DNA of 62,855 nucleotides from a virus (Duplodnaviria; Caudoviricetes). A program made the position numbers and the translations under genes. Positions 39,339 through 50,930 of the stretch are shown here, piece after piece; the first letter of the stretch is position 1; every line of letters begins with the position of its first letter. The notes beneath the pieces are model-generated. The model was not told the origin of the DNA. It did not search any database and saw only the letters and a program-made list of their open reading frames with translations. The stretch spans positions 1 to 62,855 of IMG/VR virus record IMGVR_UViG_3300009537_000008; one strand, given 5' to 3'.

Positions 39339-40187
39339 TTAAGTATCTATTCTTAATACAAAAGTCATATCCGATTCTTTTGTTTTCTTAACAGGCCTGG
39401 CAAATTTACCTATCGCCAATAACTCTCCGGCGTTATTATATAAACCAATAGTTGTAATATATGGGCTCCAAAAAGACCCCGATGTAAAATCTGCTTGAAC
39501 ACTGGATGTTAAATTAGCTTCTTTCCTAGCTGATGGATTCAATGTTTGATTAAATTCCCCTTGCTTAATTTCGCAAGTATATTCCCGCTCGTAAATTTTA
39601 TAATTATTCCTAAATACTATTTCAAACACACCAGTAAATACATCATCATACCTGGCACTATCACTGGTAATAACTACATGCCCAGTATTATAAAATATAT
39701 TGCCACAATGACCATTTGCAGGAATACCAGAACCAGTTCCTGTATCTGTTAGGTTACCTTTACCATCATCAATAATATTAAGAGTGTTGCCACCTAATGT
39801 ATTAGTTAATAAAAATGTAGTTGGTTCTATTCCTTCCCCCATTAATCCCTGCGGAATAGCCACAACCTGAATATCATCACTAATAGATCTGGTCATCTCA
39901 GATAGACTTACTCCACCAAAAGTTTCAATCTCAGCATTAGAATTATAATACAGATGTTGTATAGTCCTATATATTACCCTTTGTTCAATATCAAAGGATG
40001 TAGTAGGTTCAGTGGTTAAGGTAAAGTTGCTTAAAAAGAATTGTGCAGGTAATGATCCGCTGTAAAACGATACAGCCAAACTTCCAGTATTAGAAGAATC
40101 AATGATAAATTGTTTATGAACATAAAAAGGTCGTAAGGCAACCTGATTAGATTGAAATTGTGAAAAGACTTTTACATATTCCGCCAT
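39339..40187 (-). CDS. Baseplate/tail structural protein
   Basis: DDGKGNL, GNIFY, PYITTIGLYNNAGELLAIGKFARP; paralogous C-term with 40200..41387. Confidence 0.7.
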   Translation of the reverse strand: MAEYVKVFSQFQSNQVALRPFYVHKQFIIDSSNTGSLAVSFYSGSLPAQFFLSNFTLTTEPTTSFDIEQRVIYRTIQHLYYNSNAEIETFGGVSLSEMTRSISDDIQVVAIPQGLMGEGIEPTTFLLTNTLGGNTLNIIDDGKGNLTDTGTGSGIPANGHCGNIFYNTGHVVITSDSARYDDVFTGVFEIVFRNNYKIYEREYTCEIKQGEFNQTLNPSARKEANLTSSVQADFTSGSFWSPYITTIGLYNNAGELLAIGKFARPVKKTKESDMTFVLRIDT

Positions 40188-40199
40188 TATTCATTTTGA

Positions 40200-41387
40200 T
40201 TAGTAATCTAATTTAACTCTAATCAAAGCTTCCCTGGAAAAAGATTTCAATAATGGCTGACTCATTTTAGCAGTTGCTAATAATTCATTAGAATCATTAT
40301 ATAATCCTACAGTAGTTACATATGCTTTTGGGTCACCTACAAACGATGCATGTCTTATTTGTCCTATTGATCCAGTTACATATGTTGGGTTGTTGCTAAA
40401 ATTATATTCACCATTAAATAATCTCACAAAATAATGGGTTGATGTTATCTCTTCAGAATTAAGTGCTTTAACTGATGGGGTTGGCCCAGCTATTGACCTG
40501 GCCAAAAATAATGCTCTATTATTTTCATCCACAGCTCCTGCCAATGTATTAGGAATAACTGCCCCACCATTAGCAAATGATTGACTTAGCATTGAAGGAT
40601 TAAATACTATAATTCCTAAATCCGGATATACTAAACCATATGCTCTGCTTGCCGCAGCAGTATTAATACCATTTGCTAAGCTACCTGATACCAAATTAAA
40701 TACTCTACCCGCCGCACCTACTGTTGTGGAAGTGCTGGTTGAGCTGTCGTCGATTAATGTATGATATGTTGCTTGAGCTACCTGACTTCCATTTAATTCA
40801 TGCAATCTAACTTCAAAAGACCCTATTGCTAATTTTTGTTTATATCTCGCCCTATCAAAAGTTAGTATATGAATATCATTTGTATTATCACCATTTGCAA
40901 AAGAAAATTGTGTATCTCCAGGAGTTAAAAGTAAATTCCTGTATTGAGAATAAATTGACTTAGTCGGTGTAGCACTAACATCATTACTATTAATACTGGT
41001 TGATCCACTACCAAACCTATGACCATAGGATAATGCGAATTCTGTTGCTGCGGTTGTGGATGTAGTTTGAGCAATATTATAATAATACGACTTAGATCCC
41101 GCGGGCTGCAATGAATGTGTATGCGCTGTTGTTATAGTAGACGCGCCTGCAGTAAATAATCCAGCGGTAACTTCATCTTTGATATTGCTAACAATATCAT
41201 TCCCTTTAAACCTGGAGAACATTCTTCCAGAAGTTACCAATGCATCTACTTCTGCTTGGGCGGATACTATTTGTTGAGCTCTATCTTGAGCAATAGTGTC
41301 TATTGCGGATGCAATTTGTGCAGCTTGAGCAGAATCCTGATCTATGTTCAGGGCATTTAATATTCTATCAAGGTTGTGATTTGGCAT
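40200..41387 (-). CDS. Baseplate/tail structural protein
   Basis: YVTTVGLYNDSNELLATAKMSQPL...IRVKLDY. Confidence 0.7.
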   Translation of the reverse strand: MPNHNLDRILNALNIDQDSAQAAQIASAIDTIAQDRAQQIVSAQAEVDALVTSGRMFSRFKGNDIVSNIKDEVTAGLFTAGASTITTAHTHSLQPAGSKSYYYNIAQTTSTTAATEFALSYGHRFGSGSTSINSNDVSATPTKSIYSQYRNLLLTPGDTQFSFANGDNTNDIHILTFDRARYKQKLAIGSFEVRLHELNGSQVAQATYHTLIDDSSTSTSTTVGAAGRVFNLVSGSLANGINTAAASRAYGLVYPDLGIIVFNPSMLSQSFANGGAVIPNTLAGAVDENNRALFLARSIAGPTPSVKALNSEEITSTHYFVRLFNGEYNFSNNPTYVTGSIGQIRHASFVGDPKAYVTTVGLYNDSNELLATAKMSQPLLKSFSREALIRVKLDY

Positions 41388-41406
41388 TTCTTTTTTTATT
41401 TATATA

Positions 41407-42078
41407 TTATGATACTCCACCTGATGGTGCAGCAAAGTCTTGGCGATTAACTGTTAAGTTTATTACTACACTACCACCCGTTTCATTACCTATCAATGTT
41501 ATAGTAGCTGTTTTATCTGTGTGAACATTTGCTTTGGCAGTTATTTTAAATTCCCTACCAATTACTGCTACACTTCTTGCTGCAGCTGAATCTGATAAGA
41601 ATACTGGTATAGTAGGGCTTAGTCCCTGAGTTACATTTGCTCCAGCAATAACTGTTAATGTTGCAATAGAAGAATCACTTAAAATCGCAGTGTATCCTAA
41701 TGTAGCATTGGCATTAGCAAAGTTAAGAGTATTAGGTTTAATAAGAGCTTCCTGACCCAATGATGTTAAAGTAATGATTTGTGACCCAACAGATACAACT
41801 GGGATGTGTGTTGTATTCTTCGCCAGAGTTACTAACTTAAATCTCATACTTTGTGTTTCATCAGGGAATGCTTCCAATAATGGTGTTTGTTCTATTAGCG
41901 CCCCATAATAATTTGAACCGCTTGGATGTGTGATATTCCATAAGGAATAATCTATTTCATCATCTGCCAATGCAAATTGTGTAATTTTAAAGCTACCTTC
42001 TCCTTCACTAAGCAACGCCCTACCTTTTTTTGTAAGTATGGCGTCTACCGTAATTGATGTATTATCTAAATATCCCAT
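41407..42078 (-). CDS. Baseplate/tail-collar-like structural protein
   Basis: DAILTKKGRALL...FKITQFALADDEIDY. Confidence 0.65.
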   Translation of the reverse strand: MGYLDNTSITVDAILTKKGRALLSEGEGSFKITQFALADDEIDYSLWNITHPSGSNYYGALIEQTPLLEAFPDETQSMRFKLVTLAKNTTHIPVVSVGSQIITLTSLGQEALIKPNTLNFANANATLGYTAILSDSSIATLTVIAGANVTQGLSPTIPVFLSDSAAARSVAVIGREFKITAKANVHTDKTATITLIGNETGGSVVINLTVNRQDFAAPSGGVS

Positions 42079-42126
42079 TGTTATTTTATTTACTAATAAA
42101 TATAGATTTTCTTAAAATTTAAGATT

Positions 42127-42459
42127 TTATACAGTTTCCCTATCCTGTTGAGTAATTTGTCTCTTTGACCCCAATTCAACTCCCAAGTTAGTAGTTGTTC
42201 CTGCTAATAATCCATCTCCAACATTCGACGTAGTGGTTACAATCCTTGGGTCAACCTCAAATGTTTGTACCACGGGCAAACCATCCACCGTATTAACTCG
42301 GAGTATAGGATCATTCCCACCTGAAAAATTATGATATGTTCCAGATGGAGTTGGTCCTACATATCCTCTGATCTCAGATAGATTAGTATGATTACCCTTA
42401 TCTACTGTTGTGAGTTTTATTTTAAATACTACAATTGGTGGGGATGCTGGTGCTGCCAT
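42127..42459 (-). CDS. Hypothetical protein
   Basis: ORF in baseplate operon. Confidence 0.55.
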   Translation of the reverse strand: MAAPASPPIVVFKIKLTTVDKGNHTNLSEIRGYVGPTPSGTYHNFSGGNDPILRVNTVDGLPVVQTFEVDPRIVTTTSNVGDGLLAGTTTNLGVELGSKRQITQQDRETV

Positions 42460-42463
42460 AGTC

Positions 42464-45400
42464 TTATGATATTGGTGGTGGAATAGGTGGTGGAATAGGC
42501 GGAATTGGGGTGACTGGTGGTGGTGGTGTAGTACCTGCTTGCAATTCTATCCCGAATGTGGCAACATATGTTCTTGTAATATCAGTAGTTGCCAATGGAG
42601 GTGGTGTTAGATTAATTGCAGAAGCTAATCTCTTAACATTTCTCTCATTTGCTTCTGCTGGAGAATATACCACTCCCCCAGGAGCTGAGGAATATGCTGT
42701 AGTATCTAATACAAATAACGTAGTACCTTGACCAGGCATATATAATACAGTATTATATAATACTGTTGCAGGTGGATCTGATACTGATGTTGCAGATATG
42801 GCAGTTTCTCTGGCTACAATTACTGCGCCAGTAAAAGAGCTGCTGGCAATAAAACTAGCACTGCTAACAGCTCTATATATCCAGGATTCTGAACTAGGAT
42901 TTATTCTTAATTCCCATTCATCATTAATTGTAGGCACTACATTAATTGATCCTGTCGGAATGGAAGTAAATGCAGAACTAAATCTCAAAGTAAATTCCGA
43001 TGAGTCACCCTCATCATACGCAACATTGAAAGCTGGACCTGTTAGCTTACTACCAAAATATCTATGATTTAATCTTCCTCTGGCTATTTGATCCTGTATA
43101 TCTGAGTCTTCCAATGATTGAGAATAAACAAACTTACCATCAACACTCGGCCATCTAAAGGAAGGAGTGCTGTATAAACCTGTTAATGGCATTGACCCTG
43201 TATAATAAGATTTTAATTTTAATCTTTGCTTACCAGGTCTGGCAGCTATTATTATAGGCATTAATGCATCCGCATCAATAGTAGGACTACCAATATTAAC
43301 AAAAGATCCATTATTTGATACAGTCACTAATGTTTTAAGATAAGATGATGGAACATTAAAATCTTTAACTATTAGTGTCGTAGGAATCTGTAAATCGCTT
43401 CCACCTATTACTTTAGTATAATCAATACTACCAGTATAAGTAATATATGAACTATTAATTTCAAAAGGTTTAACTATATTATCTTCATATGTTAAATTAA
43501 CAACATTAGGTCTTCCTCTCTTTATCTTGGCTCTTTCCAGTGCGTGGGGTTCAAACAATAATCCTACATGAGCATTAACCCTTGCTGGTAATAATTTCTT
43601 TACTTGTTTAAATAAAGTCTTATCATAAAACCCAATCAATCTAATGAATTCAAATATGGTTCCTTTATTTCTATATTTTTTCCAGTACTTTATATTTATA
43701 TCTTTCAATCCTGAATACTCTGGAAGAAATTCATCTAATGGATCGCCAATAGCATCATCCAATCTTTGCGACCCTATTTGATTATAAATGTCTTCATTAA
43801 TGTTATCAGTCGGAGAAAAATAAATTCCAACCTTATTTGAGTCTAATGGTGAAGTATCAAATTGACTCTGCTCAACACGCTTATTATATTGTAACGTACC
43901 AGTTAATACACTACTTTCTAATCTAACTTTATTATTAGTAGGTCTAAATCCGGTACTGGGCAGGGAAATAAAATACTGTTCTTCGAATGATTCATATGGT
44001 GGTGTATCTCCAATGTATCCCGATGCTGTTGCTGGTAATAAATAAGATTGATTTGGAGATTCATCTGCTATTGATTTTGAAACGGCGGATGAATTATTAT
44101 GGCTTTTGGGTACTCTGAATGGATACTTTGCAACAATATTATCAAACGATCCTGACAAGGTATCTCCATTATAGGCGGCCGGATTTAATACATGTTCATC
44201 AAATGTGGATTCTAATAACTTATCATCCCACATTCTAAACTCCTGCATTGTTCCTACATATTGCCCACCAAAATAACTACCATTACCACCTATCCATAAA
44301 TCATCTGGGGTAACATAATTAGCATTTGATGTAGTAGCAAAGCTTCCAGTGTAAGAATAATTAATTCTACCTTGTGTATGTTTCTTAACAGATAGTCTAT
44401 AAGTTTGGCTTGCCCCGACAGTGTCATCTAACACATCTCTTCTTAACATTACTGACCAATGAGAATCTCCGTCAAATATTGGGAACACACTGGATGTTAA
44501 GGAATTAACACCATCTAATACAAATCTAATATCACCCATTATGGAAGAGCCACTTTGATTCAAAGTAATACCCCATCTATTACCAACCTGAACTACTGTT
44601 TTATTGTATGCGCCAATAATAGTAGTATTTTTTGGGGCATTAAGTCTAAACTCAATCGTTGAGGGAACTAATCCACTCGGACCTACTTCCCAATTAGCTC
44701 TTACATTTTGTGTACCATCAAATCTTAATCCATAACTAAAAGTATCTACAATATGTTTTGCTTTAGTATCACCAGGTACTTCTGGACCACCATATTCTTT
44801 TATCCGTAATAGGGTAGTAGGAATGCCATAACAGGCTAGCAATGCTCTTATTGATCTATTAGATCCTTTTGTTTGTAAAAAGAATGGAATATTATTTACT
44901 ATTCTTTTCCATATTTCTTTTGATACATCTTCTCTGGGAACTCTAGGGACAATAGATAATAAAGTAGACCCATCAGGTTGTATATCTCCATCCCCAATGG
45001 CTGTACCTACATTATCAGTTCCTAATAAGAATGACCATAAATTATTCAATTGATGGCTCTCTTCCATATCCCAACCTAAGGATGCTGCAACTTCATGGAT
45101 TAAGTCTCTGGACATTCCTTCGAATATTCCTTCCTCTCTTCCACCTATTTTTCTATGATGATCAATGTATAACCACACGGTGTCAAAAAATTGACCTACC
45201 ATATGAATAAACGCCACATATTGGTCGTTGAATGGATCTATTTGAATATGTTCAGGGACAGTCTTTAATAAAGCATCATAATTATTTCTATCATAAAGAT
45301 TAGCCGTTACCACTCTCTCATTAAACCAATCTTCTACTAGCGACGAGGTGGAAGGAGCTAATATATAAGGCTTAGTAGTATTTGTTTTGGGCCAAGTTAC

Positions 45401-46573
45401 ATCAATAAATTCACCTAATGAACTGGAGTCATATGACCCACTTTCAAAATACATATACTGCTCAAAACTATCGAAGGAATTTATTACCTGGGTCTTTTTG
45501 TTATCCAAACTAATTCTATTATTGGAAACAGCAAACGACCCAGTTATAGATCCAGTAAGTTGTCCTAATTGAGTATCATAAAATTCAACTAACTCAACTT
45601 TATATCTAAAATTCTTAATTCTTTCTTCTGCGGATGAAAAATGAATGAAATTACCAAATTCTCTATAATCAACATTTAATCTGGCGTTGTTAGCGGTGGC
45701 GCTATCAAATATATTACTTACTAATTGTTGAGTTGTAGTTTCATTAGCATTTAATAAATCATCCCAGGCATTAAATCCCGAATCTGTTTTATCTGATTGA
45801 TGAACTGATATATCCCAATTAGGTCCCCGTAAAATTCTACCAGATAATTCTGTAATAGGGATAGTCGAAATGATCGATACAGAATCAATTATAGAATCTA
45901 TAATGGATTGTGTTATCCAGCATTGTTCTTTTTCAATAACATCCAGATCTAATGGTTCGGATAATTTTAATACTATACCAGTAATAGTAGTAGTGGTCGG
46001 ATCAATATCTATATACCAATTAACTATCGACGCTGTTCTATTTTTTCCAAAATTAATAACTAAATCATATAAATAATTTGATATTTTATTATAAACTGGT
46101 GTTATAAATAAAAATGAGGATAATAATTCGGTGGCAGTTTTTATCCCACCAACAGTTTTTAACCTAATCTCAGTTCTGGACGGTGATATATCACTTACAA
46201 ATAAATGTTTAAATGTACTATTTCCAATTACATCTCTGAAGAAATTATAACTAATTTTAAATCTTCCATTAGTTACTGTAGAATTCTTTATTAGATTATA
46301 AATATCAATATTAATACCAGGGGCGCCCTGATTATTATTAATCTTTATAGACTCTTGAGCCCAATAATTTGTTGGGATAACTTGATTGGAAGCTAATATA
46401 TTATTATCAACATCGTATATATGAAATTCGATTACATCTCTATCATCAGATCCAAAATTTGTATATGCAGTAATAGGTTGCAATACACCTAATTGTGTAG
46501 TAGTATAAAGTTCTCCCCTTACAGGAGACTGTATATTATTAAAGTTAGTAGTATTTTTATATTTAGAAATCAT
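42464..46573 (-). CDS. Large baseplate wedge-like protein with LamG-like domain
   Basis: FIHMVGQFFD, FLQTKGSNRSIRALLACYGI, YVGTMQEFRMW, QVKKLLPAR; Pro-rich C-term. Confidence 0.7.
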   Translation of the reverse strand: MISKYKNTTNFNNIQSPVRGELYTTTQLGVLQPITAYTNFGSDDRDVIEFHIYDVDNNILASNQVIPTNYWAQESIKINNNQGAPGINIDIYNLIKNSTVTNGRFKISYNFFRDVIGNSTFKHLFVSDISPSRTEIRLKTVGGIKTATELLSSFLFITPVYNKISNYLYDLVINFGKNRTASIVNWYIDIDPTTTTITGIVLKLSEPLDLDVIEKEQCWITQSIIDSIIDSVSIISTIPITELSGRILRGPNWDISVHQSDKTDSGFNAWDDLLNANETTTQQLVSNIFDSATANNARLNVDYREFGNFIHFSSAEERIKNFRYKVELVEFYDTQLGQLTGSITGSFAVSNNRISLDNKKTQVINSFDSFEQYMYFESGSYDSSSLGEFIDVTWPKTNTTKPYILAPSTSSLVEDWFNERVVTANLYDRNNYDALLKTVPEHIQIDPFNDQYVAFIHMVGQFFDTVWLYIDHHRKIGGREEGIFEGMSRDLIHEVAASLGWDMEESHQLNNLWSFLLGTDNVGTAIGDGDIQPDGSTLLSIVPRVPREDVSKEIWKRIVNNIPFFLQTKGSNRSIRALLACYGIPTTLLRIKEYGGPEVPGDTKAKHIVDTFSYGLRFDGTQNVRANWEVGPSGLVPSTIEFRLNAPKNTTIIGAYNKTVVQVGNRWGITLNQSGSSIMGDIRFVLDGVNSLTSSVFPIFDGDSHWSVMLRRDVLDDTVGASQTYRLSVKKHTQGRINYSYTGSFATTSNANYVTPDDLWIGGNGSYFGGQYVGTMQEFRMWDDKLLESTFDEHVLNPAAYNGDTLSGSFDNIVAKYPFRVPKSHNNSSAVSKSIADESPNQSYLLPATASGYIGDTPPYESFEEQYFISLPSTGFRPTNNKVRLESSVLTGTLQYNKRVEQSQFDTSPLDSNKVGIYFSPTDNINEDIYNQIGSQRLDDAIGDPLDEFLPEYSGLKDINIKYWKKYRNKGTIFEFIRLIGFYDKTLFKQVKKLLPARVNAHVGLLFEPHALERAKIKRGRPNVVNLTYEDNIVKPFEINSSYITYTGSIDYTKVIGGSDLQIPTTLIVKDFNVPSSYLKTLVTVSNNGSFVNIGSPTIDADALMPIIIAARPGKQRLKLKSYYTGSMPLTGLYSTPSFRWPSVDGKFVYSQSLEDSDIQDQIARGRLNHRYFGSKLTGPAFNVAYDEGDSSEFTLRFSSAFTSIPTGSINVVPTINDEWELRINPSSESWIYRAVSSASFIASSSFTGAVIVARETAISATSVSDPPATVLYNTVLYMPGQGTTLFVLDTTAYSSAPGGVVYSPAEANERNVKRLASAINLTPPPLATTDITRTYVATFGIELQAGTTPPPPVTPIPPIPPPIPPPIS

Positions 46574-47880
46574 TTGGCGCTTCGCAATGCTGTTAAATAT
46601 TTATTAGCAGCTAATTTAACATTAACAAAATCAATATTTTGAACTTGATTATTTTGTATTTTGTTTTTAATATTATCTATAGTTTTAATTAATTCATTGA
46701 ATCTTGTATTCGTAATTACTGGCACCGGTTTAATTCTTATGCTTACATCAATTACTTGTTTAATTGACCTCCATAGATTTATATACGTATCAGGTTGGGC
46801 CGCATCGACTATAATAGTATTACCTAATCTGTGACTATTTAAATTATTAATGTCTAAATCAGGTTCCGCTAAAATTAATTTACCTTTCATTATCGCCCAC
46901 TCTGGATCAGGAATAAAAGTGCTATCACTATCACCCCCTATTTCAGGAGAAATAAGATCGATGATAACATTGTTATTAAATAACGTATCAGTTATATCTG
47001 CAATTCTCCAATCAATCTCTATAACAGGATCAATACTAGTATCTATAAAAAATATTCCTGGTTCCCATAGAGGCTCATTTTTATCATTCACCTTCATATT
47101 TTCAGTAAAGAAAATCTGTATTCTTGCTGCGAGATCTTTTCTCTTTTCTTCTAATGCCACAACTTTATCATTTACAATAGATAAATCAACTGAGTTAGCA
47201 AAGTGTTCCGAGTCTAATGCTTCCAACAATGTATTTATTCTTAATATTATTTGATACCGTAAATCCAAAAAATTGGGAAATCTAACACCAGTTACAAGAT
47301 TCTTCGAATCCATAATTTCAGTAAGTTGTTTCTTAATATCAAGGATTACTTCTTTTAAGTTTAAAACATCTTCTTCATCAGAACTATCAAATACTCTATC
47401 TGGTTCCTCTTGAAATATATCCGATAGATCTGGTGGCACAAATTCAGTGAATATAGTATCTATAACTTTATTAAATTGATCGCCTATAAAAATAGTTTTA
47501 ATAGCGGGAATAATATACTTATATTTTTTTGATTCTACATCCTTATCTATAACATCCAGATCAAATATTATACTACCCAACGAATTTCTCGGAACCTTAT
47601 CTAATTTATTTAATTTAGTGTTAATAATTTCTAATCCTAAATTGTATATAGTTTGTTCATATACATTAGTCGAGACACCTTCTTCGCTGGGAGTGGGTAC
47701 TGGTAATTGAGTAGTATGCCCAGTAGTTATTAATTCCCCTCCAGGTAAATTGACACCAGTGGATGGAATAGTGCTAACCAAATTAGATAGTCCTTGACCC
47801 AAAAAAGTTAGTAATTGAGCTAACTTGGTAGGTGTAAGTTCTAATATATCTGCAGTAGGCTTAAATAGTCTGTTTACCAT
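46570..47880 (-). CDS. Hypothetical protein in baseplate operon
   Basis: Long ORF coupled to neighbours. Confidence 0.6.
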   Translation of the reverse strand: MVNRLFKPTADILELTPTKLAQLLTFLGQGLSNLVSTIPSTGVNLPGGELITTGHTTQLPVPTPSEEGVSTNVYEQTIYNLGLEIINTKLNKLDKVPRNSLGSIIFDLDVIDKDVESKKYKYIIPAIKTIFIGDQFNKVIDTIFTEFVPPDLSDIFQEEPDRVFDSSDEEDVLNLKEVILDIKKQLTEIMDSKNLVTGVRFPNFLDLRYQIILRINTLLEALDSEHFANSVDLSIVNDKVVALEEKRKDLAARIQIFFTENMKVNDKNEPLWEPGIFFIDTSIDPVIEIDWRIADITDTLFNNNVIIDLISPEIGGDSDSTFIPDPEWAIMKGKLILAEPDLDINNLNSHRLGNTIIVDAAQPDTYINLWRSIKQVIDVSIRIKPVPVITNTRFNELIKTIDNIKNKIQNNQVQNIDFVNVKLAANKYLTALRSAK

Positions 47881-48974
47881 TATCTAACTACTTTAAACAT
47901 AAAATTATTATCAAAATATTCTACTTCTCCATTTGAAGAATCTACCCTCAACACAAATCTATAGAATCTTTCTGGTTCTAATGAATTAGTCCAAATTGTA
48001 AAGTAATTACCATTAGAATCAACGCTTACTCTGGTATAAACATCATCGAATGGAATTACATAATCTTCTGTATAAGCATCTTTAATTGCATAAAAAGAAG
48101 AACTCAAATAAGTTGTTGATAGAAATTTATTTGTTGCTGAAAAGGTCCTTTGAGGGTATCTCTCCCTGGCCGCAACCTTAATATTCACTTTAGAATTTAC
48201 TTTGTATTCTTCCCTTAATTCGGGTAGATAAGCAAATATATTGCTGGCGGTTAATTCTGATAAAGACCCAGTATTAAATGAAAAATCTTCCCATCTTACT
48301 TCAACTCTGGGTTCATAAATAGTATGTGTATTTTCAGAATAGAATTGTAAATTACCATATTCAATAGTATCAGACTCTGCTGTATTTGTTCGCTTAACAA
48401 TTATTCCATTATTAGGCCAAGTATTATCTAACCAATTCTCAACTATATTAGTTATATCAATTATTGCATCCGTTGTTTCATTTAAGAATGTATAAGATGA
48501 AGATGGGGTAATAAACCATACCCCACCACCAGGCCTTGATGGATCTGAAAACGCATCAACATTCGCGGCGAAAGACGCGGTCTCCCAGGTTGTTCCTGCG
48601 TAGCCATCTCTATTCAACCAGCTCACTCCTTTAACATCTTCCACCGCAGTTAATCTTTTACCAATACCACTTATCCAGGAACCACTTATCGCATGCAAAT
48701 CAATACTAAAAGAATCTCCAATCGGAGCATTAAAAGTATTATATAAATTTAATACAAATTTTCTATTACCAACACCAGGAATAACTCCTGCAGATATTAA
48801 ATTATTTACTTCTGTTAAATCAGGTTGTAATAAAAATCTGGAGTTTAGATTTATTAGTGCAGTGCTAACAGTGCTGGTTTTAGATACTTCTAATATTTCA
48901 TCCCCACCAGTATTTTGAAGAAGTGAATCTTCATACAGAGTAGCATCTTTGAAAATATTTATTCTATGGATCAT
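47880..48974 (-). CDS. DNRLRE-like domain structural protein
   Basis: KDATLYE...NTGGDEILEV...RFLLQPDL...NNGIIVK...FYSEN...PRVEVRW. Confidence 0.65.
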   Translation of the reverse strand: MIHRINIFKDATLYEDSLLQNTGGDEILEVSKTSTVSTALINLNSRFLLQPDLTEVNNLISAGVIPGVGNRKFVLNLYNTFNAPIGDSFSIDLHAISGSWISGIGKRLTAVEDVKGVSWLNRDGYAGTTWETASFAANVDAFSDPSRPGGGVWFITPSSSYTFLNETTDAIIDITNIVENWLDNTWPNNGIIVKRTNTAESDTIEYGNLQFYSENTHTIYEPRVEVRWEDFSFNTGSLSELTASNIFAYLPELREEYKVNSKVNIKVAARERYPQRTFSATNKFLSTTYLSSSFYAIKDAYTEDYVIPFDDVYTRVSVDSNGNYFTIWTNSLEPERFYRFVLRVDSSNGEVEYFDNNFMFKVVR

Positions 48975-49009
48975 TGTATCCTTTTAAAATAAATATCAGA
49001 TATGTAAAA

Positions 49010-50929
49010 TTATATAGAAAATACTCTACCTCTAATATCTTTATTAGGAAATTTAACTTCGAATATAGATGGATCTAATGATGGATAAATCACGCTATCC
49101 AGGGTAGCTGATTTAATATCATATACATTACCTGAATACCCATTAGTAATATCAAATTTATTAATTATTTCAACATTAGCTATTGATTGAACTCCATGAA
49201 CCCGAGCAATTGCTAATATTACATCGGCCATAACTATAGGTTGATTAATTTGCCAATGGTCAATATTGAAAAAATCTTTTAATACATCAATACACCTTAT
49301 TAACACTTCTTTCTTATTAAAATGTGGCAAAGCAATTATTTCAAATTCAATACCAATATTAATAATGAAAGCATCCTTAATATTAACAGCATCGGTGATC
49401 ATTCTATATTGATCTATATAGGTTTTTAGGTTTTGCTTAACAGCGTCATTTAACTCTGTTAATTGACCTGAATTATTTATTCCTAATGTATATAAATTTA
49501 ATGCTAATGGATTAGCAGTTAACACCGCTTTCTGAATAGGATTAATATTATCTTCTGTGGCATTTTCATCATTAATAAATGTTAAAGAATCATCCTGAAC
49601 GATATATGCTTTTTGTACTGCCCCGAATTTAGATGGTAAGGAATAAGCTCTTACAATATAATCAGGCCCTGTAACAGCTCTATTTTGAGCGTTAAAACTA
49701 GCAATAGCATTTATTTTTATTTCCTCGATAGATTCAGCACCTCTACCACCAACAGCAGCAACAGGATTAATCACCGCGACCGAATTTCTCGCCAGAGCCA
49801 CTTGGGCGGAATCGAGCCCAGCAGCTAATTCTTCAATTTCTATTGTATCAATTATAGTAATATCATTAGATGGTACATTATCAGACGTACCTTTACCCAC
49901 TAAATATCTAACTGTAAGGGTAGTATTAGTTGGTACTTGGCCATAAGTTCTGGTAACCACAAAATTAGATGGGTCAAATGCCCTGGATAAGGTTGAACTA
50001 GTGCCAAATATATTTACATTAGAAGGGTTGGGAATAATTTCTTCATCAGGATTAGAAGTAATACCCGCACCAAATTGTAATTCTAAAGTATTATCTTCTC
50101 TTACTTTTGTAGTAAATCTTCTCGAAGTCTTTTTTAATTTTAATATGTAAGGAGATGATTCTTTATAAGCCGATAACGTTGGTTCATTAGTAATGGTATT
50201 GGCCGTGGCCGCAAAGATTGTATCCTGTGCTAAATGAGGAACTTCGTACCATTGATTTCCATCAGAGTCAAATACATCTATTATTTCAATAATATTATTA
50301 GCATTAATAATAGTTTTAGCAAATTTTCTTGGGTCAGTGAAAGAAAATGTTGTAGTTTTTATTTCTCCAGATTTAGCTTTAATTTGTTTCTTTAAAAGAT
50401 ACAATTCTGGGTAACCAGTGGTAGTATTTTGTTGATAAACTACTACTTCAGTCGGGTCTATAGAACTGGAATATGAAAAATCTATAGGCCTATCAATTTG
50501 AAATACTGTTTTAGTTGACTCCGACGATGCTTCAAATGTATCGTTAATATAAAGAGCATACTGATAATCGGGGGCAGTATTCTGTCCGGTGCCAATAGCA
50601 GGTACTAATTGAAATACATCCAATGTAGTAGTGGATGATGTAACAATTCTTGGTTTGTATCCCAATGCTTGCACTAATGAATATATATTAGCAGTTTCGT
50701 CGGCATGTAGTAATAATGATTCTTTTAAATTCTTATCCATATAAAAAGATAAGACATCGCCCACATACGCGGACATTTCCAGGAACATCATTCCAGGGTC
50801 AGATTCATTAAAATCATTAAAGGTGTTTGGGAAATAGACTTTGGCAAAGTCCATTAAACTTTTTCTAAAGCCATCAAAATCTTTATTAAGATATCTTATT
50901 TCCTTCGATGTTTGTTTTATATGTGGCAT
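49010..50929 (-). CDS. gp6: Baseplate wedge subunit, T4 gp6/baseplate J-like
   Basis: KDFDGFR...DFNESDPGMMFLEMSAYVGDVLSFY, LQFGAG, GGRGAESIEEIK, QNRAVTGPDY. Confidence 0.9.
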   Translation of the reverse strand: MPHIKQTSKEIRYLNKDFDGFRKSLMDFAKVYFPNTFNDFNESDPGMMFLEMSAYVGDVLSFYMDKNLKESLLLHADETANIYSLVQALGYKPRIVTSSTTTLDVFQLVPAIGTGQNTAPDYQYALYINDTFEASSESTKTVFQIDRPIDFSYSSSIDPTEVVVYQQNTTTGYPELYLLKKQIKAKSGEIKTTTFSFTDPRKFAKTIINANNIIEIIDVFDSDGNQWYEVPHLAQDTIFAATANTITNEPTLSAYKESSPYILKLKKTSRRFTTKVREDNTLELQFGAGITSNPDEEIIPNPSNVNIFGTSSTLSRAFDPSNFVVTRTYGQVPTNTTLTVRYLVGKGTSDNVPSNDITIIDTIEIEELAAGLDSAQVALARNSVAVINPVAAVGGRGAESIEEIKINAIASFNAQNRAVTGPDYIVRAYSLPSKFGAVQKAYIVQDDSLTFINDENATEDNINPIQKAVLTANPLALNLYTLGINNSGQLTELNDAVKQNLKTYIDQYRMITDAVNIKDAFIINIGIEFEIIALPHFNKKEVLIRCIDVLKDFFNIDHWQINQPIVMADVILAIARVHGVQSIANVEIINKFDITNGYSGNVYDIKSATLDSVIYPSLDPSIFEVKFPNKDIRGRVFSI

Positions 50930-50930
50930 T